Shown here: positions 34,102 to 45,743 of the stretch, in pieces
Layout of the letters: every line of letters starts with the position of its first letter
Position numbering within the stretch: position 1 is the stretch's first letter
Source: Selaginella moellendorffii
Lineage: Eukaryota > Plantae > Lycopodiophyta
Assembly: GCF_000143415.4 (NCBI RefSeq)
Contig: NW_003314348.1
Location: 1-64,000, forward strand
DNA: 64,000 nucleotides
Direction: 5' to 3'
The notes under the pieces: generated by a model
Seen by the model: only the letters and a program-made list of their open reading frames with translations
Database searches by the model: none
Told to the model about the DNA's origin: nothing
Made by a program: the position numbers and the translations under genes

Positions 34102-37100
34102 TCAGTAGTCCTGGCCTCTAAAGCCGGATCCTCCTCTCCCCCGGAATCCACCGCGGCCGCCACCACGGAAGCCTCCTCCTCCTCCACGGCCGCCGCCAAA
34201 GTCATCTCGGTCCCGGAAGCCACCCCCACCCCGGAAGTCATCTCGGTCTCCAAAGCCGCCGCGGCCACCTCGGCCTCCACGAAAGCCACCACCACTCCGG
34301 AAGTCATCTCGGTCACCATATCCGCCTCGTCCGCCGCGCCCACCTCGGAAGTCATCACGGTCTCCAAAGCCACCACGTCCACCGCGGAAGCCACCGCCGT
34401 CACGGTCACCGTATCCACCTCTTCCACCTCGGAAGCCACCGTCGCGGTCGCCATAGCCACCTCGTCCGCCCCGGAAGTCATCCCGGTCACCGTAGCCCCC
34501 TCGTCCACCCCGGAAGTCATCTCGGTCGCCATATCCTCCACCACGGCCGCCGTATCCTCCACCTCGGCTTCCAAACCGGCCCCCGCCACGACCACGGCCT
34601 CCAAACCGGCCGCCACCTCCACCGTCGTCATCACTCTCGTCGCTAAAGTCGTCGCCATTGCCGTATCTGCCTCGGCCACCTCCTCCTCGTCCGCGGCCCC
34701 GACCACGACCGAAACGAGGCTCGTCATCCTCGCTCAGGAAATCGTCGCTGTCCAAGTCGGAAGCGTCGTCGCTGGCGTCAAACTTCTTATGGCCAAACCG
34801 GCTGCCTCTTCCTAATGCTCCGCGAGCTCCTCCTCGGCCGCCACGGCCTCCTCTCGAAAAACGGTCGTCTTCGCTCACGTCGTCGCTGTCGTCGTCGAGG
34901 TCGTCGTCAAGTCGCGAACGGAGTCCACCACGGCCTCTTCCTCTGGCTCCTCGACCACGACCACCACGGGAGCTTCCAAAGTCGTCGTCGTCATCACTGA
35001 GATCGTCCATGCTGTCGTCTTCACTGTCAAACCGGCCACCACCTCTGCCTCTTGCTCCTCGACCACCTCGGGTGGTGAAGCTACCACCACGTCCTCCACG
35101 AGCACCCCTGCGAGGCATGTCATCGTCGTCACTGTCGTCCAAACTGTCATCAAGGTCGTCTTCGCTGTCCTTGGCAAAACTCGCACGACCACCCCTTCCC
35201 CGTCCGCTAGTAAAACTCCGGCCTCGTCCCCCACCGTCGTCTTCTCTAAGTGAGGACGCCCTGGATGCAAATCCTGCTCCTCGCCCTCTACCTCTCATCT
35301 GGCCACCACCACGTTTGGAGGACGTAAAGTCGTCATCGTCGTCGGAGTCGTCGTTCCATGCATCATTTTTGCTCTGCTTCTTGCCTAAATTTTTCCTGGA
35401 CCCTACGTCGAAGTCCTTGTCGTCGGAGTCCTCATCTAAGTCACTCTCGGACTCGGACGCCATTCTCCGGTTTTGAAGGGAAGTTGTTCGCTTAGGCGCA
35501 ACTTTGAAGTCATCATCGGAGTCGCTGAGACCATCACTGTACTTGCCTTGCGCTTGTTTGGCTTTCCTCTCGAGGTGTGTGTGCTGCCGGGCAAAATCTT
35601 CTGGACTGCCCTCCCACTTCTCTTTGGTTCCTTTTATTGTGTGGAACACCTTGACTGTGTCAGGCCGCTCGGCTTTGCAGTCGTGGCATTCTTCATTTCT
35701 TGCAAAGTTCACGAACCGGCACCTGAGAACAAAGAAGACGACTCGTTTGAAGTTGGTATAAAAAGCATGAACTTACTCTGGACATTCCCAATCTCCGGGA
35801 CGGAGATCTTGTGGCGGACGTGGTGTATGACACTCTCGGCAATGCCTATTCCTACAAAAATTGATGTAATCACACCTGTAGAAAGAGAGAGAAAAAAAAA
35901 CATCAGAACCAGACGAGGAAATTATTCAATCTTACTCGACGCATTTCCAGTCTCCAGGTTTCATTTCATAGTTCTCGTTTTGTGGACGGCTAGTTTTCGG
36001 TTTTGCAATCACTTCCTGACGGTCACGAGGCAGTGTAGGATCCCGAGAGACGGCACCTAGACTGGTAAGCTGCCTCAAGATGTTCTTCACAGCAGTCTTG
36101 GTTTTTTCAGGGAAATCCGAACCCTCGGACGTACACACCACAAACTGGAAAAGATACTGTAGAGCATCACTGGTTGAAGCCGTCGAGTCTGGAGGCAAGT
36201 ACGCACGACTGCAGTCGTCTTTCTTAGAGCAAGACTTGCAAACCTGGATTAAAGAAAAGGAAAACGACCAGTAAATCTGAAAAAAGGAGCCAGCTTTTGA
36301 TTACTTACTTCTGCTTCCTCGACGTTACAAAATCCTCGCAACCTCTTTCCAGAGTTGACAGCCTTACGAAGTGTAGTCGGACAAGGATGACTGGCCAAAA
36401 CTTTCAAGTCGCCCATTGGAAGCATTCTGCAAAGATTAAGAACAGAAGTCTGAGCTAAAAAGAATATTGGAAAGTAAAGGAAGGAAAAAAAAACTTACTT
36501 GAGGATGTCGTCCCTCTCGGTGCTGAAACGCTTGAAAGCCTCTGCGATGTTTGAGAAGCTTTCATAAGCCGCCTCACCCTTCACAAGCTCCTCGGCATTA
36601 AGCTTGAAGTAATTCTTCTGCTTGAGCAGCGCAACGAACTTCCTCCAGGCGTCCATCACCTCCCCACCAATGGACGAGTCCAGCGTTTGCCTGTGACCAA
36701 CAACTCTCTGCTTCGATGCCAACACGTCTTCGATCTCACTGTCGCTCAAGTCGGACACCTCCTTCCCATTCTCGGCTCTAACATCAAAGTCCGAGTCCGA
36801 CCCGGACTCCAGCTTCTTAAACTCCTTCTCGAGCTCCGAGTCGGACGCCACATCCTCCTCCACCTCCGACTCGGTAGAAGCCCCAAGAGCGTCCTCAATC
36901 TCAGAGTCATCGAGCTCCGAGAAATCGCTTTCATCGTCCGACTCCATAGCAGCAGCAGCGGCCTTTGCAGAGAGCTTGCCGCGCTGGCCAGCCGACGCCC
37001 CCCGGCCTGTGGAGCTATTGATCTTGTCCATCTCTCTCGCCATCTTCATATTCTCCAGCTTGAGCGACTTGGTCTTCTCCTCCTCGCCTTTGAGCGACTT

Positions 37101-37460
37101 GTTGAGCGCTTCTATCTCGCCGTCCTTCCCTTTGACGCGCTCCTTGAGCGACATCAACCCATCCTCGGCATCCTCCTCCTCGGTGGAGACCGCTGCTGAT
37201 TTCCCAGGAGTGTAGCATCTTGTGGAAAGAATCCCAAGCGCCGTTGGGAGGAATCGCGACGCCCCAAACAATGCCGGCATTCCTGCCGTGCTGCTGCTGC
37301 TCCGTCCAAATGCCGGAGCTCCAGCTCGCGGCGCTCTAGTTTTGCGAAGAAGCATACCTTGCGTGGTGATTGCCCTACATTGCCACGAGCGGCTGCTGGC
37401 GGAGACGAGCGAGAGACGCGAGCAAAGGCCCGCCGGTGCCATTGCTCTGGAAACGTTCAT
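34102..37460 (-). CDS. Organelle zinc finger (OZ1/VAR3 family) RanBP2-type RNA-binding protein with long acidic/RGG tail, multi-exon
   Basis: Transit-peptide-like N-terminus; HPCPTTLRKAVNSGKRLR..VCKSC..C.RAY domain; two KPGDWxC..C..NF.RN..C..C fingers. Confidence 0.85.
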
Positions 37461-37602
37461 AGCCGCGCCTTAAACCCTAAACCACCATGGATAAAACCCT
37501 AGACCTAAAGGGTTTAACCCAACCTCCTCCATCCAACGGCTATGGGGGTGTCGAGATTTTTCTTTAAAATTTAAAACTTTTTAGGTTTTAGGGCTCTCAG
37601 CT

Positions 37603-39174
37603 ATGGCGACTTTGGCGCCCACATCGGGATTTCGCCTCGGCGGCAGCATTTTCCAGGCGAAGCCGCGGAGATTTTCGCCGGTTCTTGTGTCGAGCAGGAG
37701 TGGCGGCGGCAATGCGGCGTCGGACATGGCAGTTTTTCTGGAGATCGACGGGTATGGAGGATAATTTCACTGTTTCAGTGCTTGAAAAGGGCTTGTTCTT
37801 CCTGGGCATAGAGTTGTGGCTGATTTGCACAGGCACGGGCATCGGCAAAGCTTCAATGTAGGTACAGAGGTTTTTGTGGCTGTGAGCTGAAAATCAAGCG
37901 GTATTTTTGACAGCTTTCCAGAGGCTGGGCCTCGACTGCGCGAATTGGACTGAGCCTGTCTACCTTGATCTTCTCAGGTTGCTTTTCCTTCTTCTGTTCT
38001 ATTCTCCTCGTTTTTTCCGTGAACGAATTTCTCTGCAGGCAGGCAGGCAGTGATGAAACGCAAATGCTGACCACATTTTTCGATAGAGTATGTTTTTTTT
38101 CTTCGGTTTTGTTCTTTTGTTCTTTTGTAACGTTGGAAAGGATTCCAGATTGGATGGCCCATGTCGCTGCCAACGAATGAGAAGGACACATTCGTAAGAA
38201 AGCTAATGGAATCCAAGGTACAATTCAATCTACAATTTGGTTTCTCTTTCTCTGACAGAATTGAAAACAACTGCTATCTATCAAGCAACACGAACTGGAG
38301 ACTCTGGCAGCATCGGATGCGATTCCAATTCGACCCGACTTAACGAGGTATGTAGCAGAGAGAGCCTTTCGTCACCTTTCATGTGTTTTCACAGCTTTGT
38401 GGACGAGGCCATGGGCGAGCTCGTCCCCGTTGTCTTCATATCTTCCTACAGCAAGAGCGGAGAGCGGGTTGCAAGGTAGTCTTTTACAAAAAGACGAACA
38501 CGAAATGGATATTTGGTGTGACCACAACAGACTGCTACTCGACAAGCTGGGAATGGAGCGCCTCGACTACATCAAGATTGTTGGCTCGCACGAGGTGGAA
38601 AGCAGTGCGTATGGACAAGTTGTCCTCGGCCTCGGCGTTTCTTCCTCTCCAGATGAGCTCCTTGCCACCGAAGTCGCCAAAGCTGGTTTGTGTCACCTGA
38701 CTCTATACTTCGACTCACTACTCTTTTTCCACCAGTTTCCAGCGAGAAGCAAAGGCTTGCCAGTGAGGTTGCTTCCACCTTGAAACTTAAAGTCGATCTT
38801 GACACAACCTCTAGTGTACTGTATGGAAACTTCAAGTTTATATTGCTAAAACGTATCTAAGTCTTTGTTCCTTCCAGATTAAAGACAACAATAGCAGCTC
38901 TAAGAGCCGCTGCTGAGACCGCTGGAGTGCCTATCGATCGGGGCATCCTTCTGGCTGGTGCCTATCTCGGCACAGAAGCAGCCAGCAGAATCAGCCTTCC
39001 CTGCGTTGTTGTACGAAGCAGGTTTGTGCTTTAAAGTTCTTTCCATCCAAACAGAATGAGTTTTTGTCATACAGTCTAACGGCTAGAGCGGAGTTTCCCC
39101 TTGCTAGAGCAACACTGGAAGGCTTTGGAGCTGGAGCTATAACTCTAAGTAGATTGCGGAAGTACCTGGCTTGA
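37603..39174 (+). CDS. HAD-superfamily (CbbY-like) hydrolase homolog, probably plastid-targeted, multi-exon
   Basis: FLEIDG|VV; IGWPMSLPTNEK; YSKSGE; YGQVVLGLGVSS; RAEFP...EGFG. Confidence 0.8.
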
Positions 39175-39226
39175 AATTCTACCCTGTAAGTTGTAAGCTA
39201 TGTCAATATATATGAGCTTGGGCTTT

Positions 39227-40131
39227 CTAAACCACCGCTTCTGTGTGTTTCTCGTTCTTGATGTTCTTGATGAGATCGTTGGTTGATTGCTTCTGTGTGG
39301 ACGAGACTGTTGGCAGGAAGAGGGCAGTGTAGATAAGAGCGGCTGCCGTCGCTCCCAGCAGCGGCGCGGCCCAGTAAATCCAATGGTTCTTCCACTGCCC
39401 CGACCACAGTGCTGCTCCAAGTGATCTTGCCGGGTTCATCGATGCTCCAGTGACGGGCACCCCAACGAGGTGGTCAACAAGTACCGCCATGCCAATTGTG
39501 AGGGGCGCTATAGTCGAGGGGCCTGTTTTGTCCACCGCGGTTCCAAAGATAACGTATACAAGCACGAAGGTGAGCAGCGCTTCCAGTCCGAAGGCTTCGA
39601 TCACTGTGAACTTGGAATTAACAGCATGAGCTCCAAAGTGTCCCTGCAAAGTTGCGATGGGAAATGTAAAGTTGCGTGGAGTTGTACAATGAGACTTACG
39701 GCGATGGCAGATGGAAACTCGCGGTAGAATCCGGCACCGAGCACTGCTCCTGCCAGCTGAGAGATCCAATACATGAGACCTTTGATGATGCTCATGTTGC
39801 CGCTCATCATGAAGCCGAACGAGACAGCCGGGTTAAGGTGGCCTCCAGAAACTCCAGCGGTTGCGGCTACGAGGATAGCGATCGCGAAGCCATGCGCGAT
39901 GGCTATAACGAGAAGCCGGGCAGAGTTAAGCTGGTCATCCACGATTCCTGCACGAAAAGTTTTCGCGTAAGTTCATGATCCTCAAAAGATAAAACAAAAC
40001 AGACCCGAGGACACGACAGATCCGCATCCGAGGAATACGAACAGGAACGTCCCGATGAACTCTGCAGCACAGCCAAGGAGTGTTGTTGGAGAGAAGGGGT
40101 CTCTCACTCCCAAGCTCCAGCTTCTCAACAT
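39227..40131 (-). CDS. HIP1: Aquaporin, hybrid intrinsic protein (HIP) subfamily, 3 exons
   Basis: Two NPA boxes (GHLNPAVS, ASMNPARS); ar/R filter H-H-A-R (IAHG, VDHL, GASM, PAR). Confidence 0.85.
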
Positions 40132-40586
40132 GATGGTTGATGAGGTAAAAGCTTCTCTCTAGTTGAGGTCGCTCCACACCAAGGAACTGCAACGAGGAGA
40201 GCTAAGGTCCCAGAACTTATATACGTCCCCAAGGCGCTTTGTTTGTTTGTACCCCTCTATCTGCGATCGATGGACTATTCCCGAGTCGGCCGAGCAGGGT
40301 CCACGTGGAGGACCGACCGTTAAGAACTGAGCTCCCGGAATAATTCTGCCAATGTTCCATGCTTCATAAGTCCATGCTGTAATGGCCAACCAGCCGCCCT
40401 GACTGGGCCCTTGCCTTGAATTCGTTCTTCCTCATGCGCTGCTCGTTCATTGAAATGCTCCTTAGATAGATTCGAATACCCCTGATTGCAAAACAACGAA
40501 AGTCGAAAGTCTATAGCGAAGGATTCAAAAGCAAGAATGATGAAAACCTGCTTTTAAGTTCTCGGCTGAGCAATAGTAGCTCCCTC

Positions 40587-43500
40587 TCACGAGCACGATG
40601 GCGATGGTGATGACGATGAAGATGACGTCGAGGATGATGTTCTCCGTCTCTTCGACTTGTGGCGTTTATGTCTTTCCTTCCTTTCTCTTCTCTGCAATAA
40701 TGCGTAACGTAATTCAGTCGCATGCTTAGTGCTAATACCAAAGGACCTTACTTTTCGTTTGCTCCGTTCTTTGGAAGACTCCTCCCTCCTGTCCCTGCTC
40801 TTGTCCTTCCTTTTGTCACGGGACCGGCGTTGATCTTTATCGTCCTTAGTAGTGGCGTGGTCCTCGGGTTCACTTGTGTACTGCGCATCCTTGGCTTGTG
40901 CTTTCTCGTCTCTCTCTTTCTGAATATCGGCTTTCGGTTCCTCTCCTTTCCGAGACGGTTTAACGAATTTAATATGACCCTTTGGAATGTCTTGAGGTTG
41001 TCCGCTTGAAGTGTCCTCAGTAGTTTGTCCTTTTGAAATGTCCTCAGGCTGTCCTCCTGAAGTGTCCTGAGTAGTTTGTCCTTTTGAACTGTCTTCAGGT
41101 GCCTTAACTGGAACAGGCATGGGAGGAGGAACTGCAAGTCCCAATTCCTTTCCAAGTGACTCCAAAAAGTCATCCGCCACCAAGCGTGTTAAAGCTGCAT
41201 TCGCAGCATCTACGTTTTTCACCGGTTGGCTTGGAGCTTCTTCCTCTTCATCATCAGAAAAGATAGCCTGCCACCATTCACGTTAGATTCATATCCAATT
41301 TGACGAGGAATAATACCTTGTAAAGATCAACGGGCTTTTCTGCAATTTTCTCCTCGGGTTCCTGTTGTTCACCCTCATCAACAGGAGGTGTGCTTTCCCT
41401 TTGCACTTCTTCATCTTTAGCAGCACTTCCAAGAGCTTCAGTTATCTTCGAGGAAAACAGACTCTCTGACGGCGTAGCAAGCGTCAAAGACTCTATCCGG
41501 CTCTTTGGTTTCGCTAGAGAAGACTGCAAGACGATGTAACATTCAGAATAATAGGCAAAAAGATACTGAGGCGCACCTGTCCAGTGTATGGATCTAGCAC
41601 GTCGAAACGTTTGCAGAGAAGTGGAAGAGGTCTCCATGGCTCCTCAGTCCTCCTAGGATAAGACAAGGATGTGGAAGGCTGAGGTGCATAGTTTGTTGAT
41701 GGAACTGATAGTTGATTTGGTGACTGCTGTTCCTCGATGCTTTCTGAGGAAAAAACGAATATGTAAGCTTTAATGTGCTAAGAGATTGACATGATACACA
41801 CTTACTTACAAATTTGCCTGCCTGTTCAACACCCCCGGACGTGAATCTGTCACTTGAGGCAGCCAACTTGCCAAGTAAATTTGCACCCGACGATGAAACA
41901 GTTCCTCGAGCAGCATGTGCAACAGCCTCAAACTCAAGAATTTCCTGCGCACGTTGGGCTTCTGTCAGCTGTTGAGCACCTTTGTTCATTTTTCTTAAAC
42001 CCCCGGTGTACTTATCCTTAACAAACTGCTCATAGCGTGCTTGCTTAGCAGGGTCATCCTCGAAAGGTAGACGATTTGTCTTAGTTGGCTGCAAGACTAC
42101 AAAGTAAGTGAAAAAGTACACTATCATCGAGCCTACCTCTGCAGATGGCTTCATAAAAGTGTTATTGAGTGTCGCCTGTAACCGAGCACGATCTTCAGCG
42201 GGAATAGCCGGCAGCGCTGATTTTTGCAGAGGCATTTCCCCAAGAGCTTGACCACGTTCGCTTGCACCAAGCTTCGGCCTATCTCGATTAGATTGAATCT
42301 GCAAACCACGCTTCGATCGTTCTTCCCATAGCCTCCTTGTATAGTAGTCACCACCCGGCCCCCCAAAAAGAAACTGAAACAAAGGATTTTCTTTGTTCTT
42401 CTCTTTGGAGAGAGCTTCAAGTTGAGTTCCACTCCTTGCCACAAGGATTGCCATGCCGTCTATCAGCTTCACAAGAGTTTTATCTTCCGGCTGTGGTGCT
42501 TCGAGTGGGGCATTGTCAGATTGTGATTGTGATAGATCCAAGGCTGCAACGAACTTGTGAACTGGAACGTAGTCAGGAGGAACCACAGGAGGGTGAAACC
42601 TGATATATGAAACAATACGTGAGCATAAACAGTAATGAAAATGCATACTACAAACCATTCTGCTTGGTAAGTGTTCTCGCTAGCAAGTTTGAATCCCGGC
42701 AAAGCATCTTTTCCAACTGCCACAGTCGGAAGCCTTGGCCTTGGTGGTGCTTTTTTCTCTATTTTTTCTAGCCGCTCTAGCTCTTCATCTTCGAGTACCA
42801 TCATCTCAGGATGAGGACCTTAGGAGAAAGAAAAGGCAAAAGAAATTAGCTGAAAGTCCCAAGTATACATTTACAACCTGTTGCATAGACGTCCTCATCT
42901 TCATCCCCCATCTCTTCAAGGGCTCCTATGCCGAAGCCCTTCGACATTGTCACAGCTGCAAAGTGCCACGGTTTTAGATTTTATAAAGCAAGGATCGAAT
43001 TACCATTTGGACGAAGCGTTCTCCGCTTGACTTTGTCCTTATCATCATCCAGCCGATAGTCCTTGGCATCTGCAGCCATCGCATTATCATCTGAAGAGAA
43101 AGAAACAACGAATGCCTACGTCGAAATTCAGGAGCACTTTGAAACGGATCAAATCCCAAGCCATGAACGTTGTCCTTTATTTTCCTGACAAAGTCCTGCA
43201 CGGAAACACAAACATGATGTCTGCAAAATCGCCACAAGCAAACAGCTTACAGGAACACTAGTCGGTGGCAAATCCAATTGTTCCTCTGCAGTTTCACTAT
43301 CTTCCAATGATGGACCAGCATCTTGTGAGCTACTGCCTGCACTAGCTAGAGCCAGCATAGCTTTCCTGCCTTCTCTTTTAACCTCTGCAAATGCCCGCAG
43401 TTAGCAATCATTAGAAAAAAGAAACGTACTATTACCTGAAGAGGCTGCTATGTGTTTCGGGCCAATACCCCGACCATGTCGCCATCCCATTTTCCTCAGC

Positions 43501-44216
43501 AGCTTCACACCGATAGAATCTGTCGGAGGTACGATTATCTCATCCGGCACAAACCCCGGAATAACAGCAGGCCTAGAACGTAAATCTTGAGGAAAAATCA
43601 CGAGAAACAATGCGTACCTGTTCGTTTCTTGAGTAGCTTCACGCCGAGCATACTCCGCTGCAGTGAAACCGAACGTGTCGAATTCTTGAGCAGTTCCAAT
43701 TTGCTTAGAATCCATCTCCTGCAAACGGGTTTCCAAGGCGGCCATTAAGCGGACTCCAGCTCTAAAATTCCTACAATGCGTACCCTTCGTTCTTCATCAT
43801 CCATATAATCATAGGCGCTGTGTTGTCGCATATCAGCTCGACTTCCTCGCGACGACTTGAAAGTTTTTGGCTCCCATCCTTGAAATCAAAAACGTTTAAG
43901 CACACGCAACGAATGCAACATTTCTCTTACCGTCTTTGGACCCGACAGTGTTGAAGTAGCCAGCAGAGAAGCCTCCCGTAAACGCTCCATGGAATCTCCT
44001 GCGGCCCTCGCTATCACGAGCCTAGAAACGAAATTTTCAGCAAGAGAAGCGAGAAGAACACATCGATCTTACATCCTGCTTCCACACGGGCTGCTGCTGG
44101 CGAAGCGTCCCCTTATCCAGCGCCTTGGCGCGTTTGCGAGCCGAGAGCTCATCGGAATTCTCGAGTGGAGTGCCATAGACCACCAGGGCGCTTCCATCGT
44201 CATCGCCTCGCCCCAT
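40587..44216 (-). CDS. TGH: G-patch domain protein TOUGH (GPATCH1 homolog; miRNA biogenesis), multi-exon
   Basis: [24 protein letters not shown]; G-patch [17 protein letters not shown]; SWAP-like NPLFQFL; R/S/K-rich C-terminus. Confidence 0.92.
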
Positions 44217-44302
44217 TAAATCCCAGCCCTAAAACAAGAACCCGATCAAAACCCTAATACAAAAGGGGGAAAGAAAGCTAGTGTCGTGCGATCGATCGAG
44301 CG

Positions 44303-45581
44303 ATGGCGGAGGACGGCGACTACACGGCGGCACTGCGCGGCAGCAACAGCGATCAGTGGCAAGCATTGAAGCCTCCAGCTCCAGCGGCGCCTAGGTTTGG
44401 CGGCAATCCAGGAGCTGGTGGATCATCTTCTTCTTCCGACGGTGCGTGCTACCGCTGCGGGCAAGCTGGCCACTGGTCCCGCGATTGCTCGATGCGCCCG
44501 GCGGGAAATGCAAGTGGAATCCAGCCTCCTCCCGCGATGAATCTCTCCTCCAAGTCTTGCCCTTGTGGAGCTGGGATGTGCGTTCTTCGCACGTCCAATA
44601 CTGCCAAAAATCCCGGCCGCCAGTTTCTCACTTGTCCAGCTCCACAGGTAAGCTTCTTTCGTTCTTTTATGTTCTCGCTATAGAACGTAAAGTTCTTCGT
44701 GAAACCATTGGTTCTTTCACGGTTTCTTTAAGCTTGTCAACTTTCGCTAACACGTAGTTCTTGCTTGATAGGGCGCGAAGTGCAGCTTCTTCGAGTGGTG
44801 CGATGCCGCAGGAGCACCCTCTACGAATCAGCCACCGCAGGCACAGCAGCCCGGCGAGCCCGAGTTGAAATGCCGCAACTGTAACCAACCTTGCGTGGTA
44901 TTCACAGCCAGGACCGACAAGAACTCCGGCCGCCGGTTCTACAAATGCGTAAGAACCTGTTTTCTTGTGCTTCAAAGCCTTCGTTATCGATTGATGGATG
45001 GTGTAGAAAAACGAGGACTGCCACTTTTTCAAGTGGTGTGACGAAGCGTTCGCTCCCTCCTCGTCCCCCGGCTATAAGCCTCCTGCTGGCTATGGAGGCG
45101 CGAACTACACTGGAGCAGGATATGGAGGTGCTTCTCCCGGCCATGTGAACCCAGGTATCATCCACCACTACTCACCTCTAATAAATCATTTTGCTTAAGC
45201 AGGAGTATATGGAGGCCATGGAAACGTTTCCTCCGGCTATGGTGGTCCAGGTACCATTGAAACACAGAGAAAGCATTCACTTTCGAAACCTGTATAGGCT
45301 TTGGAGGGCCAAATAACACCGAAGGAGGATATGGCGGCCATGGCTACGGTGGCTCTGGTACCTCTCGACTCTCGTGAAAATGCTTTCAGTCCCAGGCTTT
45401 TTTGCAGGGCCAACATACTCGGGAGGATACGGGGCCCGTGGAAACGCCTCTTCCGGCTATGGACGCCCAGGTACCATCTCTCGACCGGTATAAAACTTCC
45501 AGCGGTTTACAAGCTCCTGCAGGCGATGGACACCCGAGCGCCAGTTATGGTCGTGGATACGGAGACTATGGAAACACGTAG
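44303..45581 (+). CDS. CCHC zinc knuckle + two GRF zinc fingers + Gly/Tyr-rich tail protein
   Basis: CYRCGQAGHWSRDC; CPCG..NPGRQFLTC..CSFFEWCD; C..C..NSGRRFYKC..CHFFKWCD. Confidence 0.85.
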
Positions 45582-45743
45582 CTTGCTGAAGCGATCTAGA
45601 GATATGGATTGAGAGAGGATAGTAGAGAGAAGAATGCTCGTCGAAAGTTTAAAGGTTTGCTGTTAATATTTTGCCCCGGTTTTAATGTATCGCATTTTGG
45701 TTCAATCTTCTCTGTTTTCTAGGGCTTTCCTTGTGAGGGAAAA

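Noticed and set aside
22492-37460. PPR + OZ as an RNA-editing gene cluster
   Set aside because: About 10 kb apart with unrelated genes between; PPR genes are abundant, so proximity is expected by chance.
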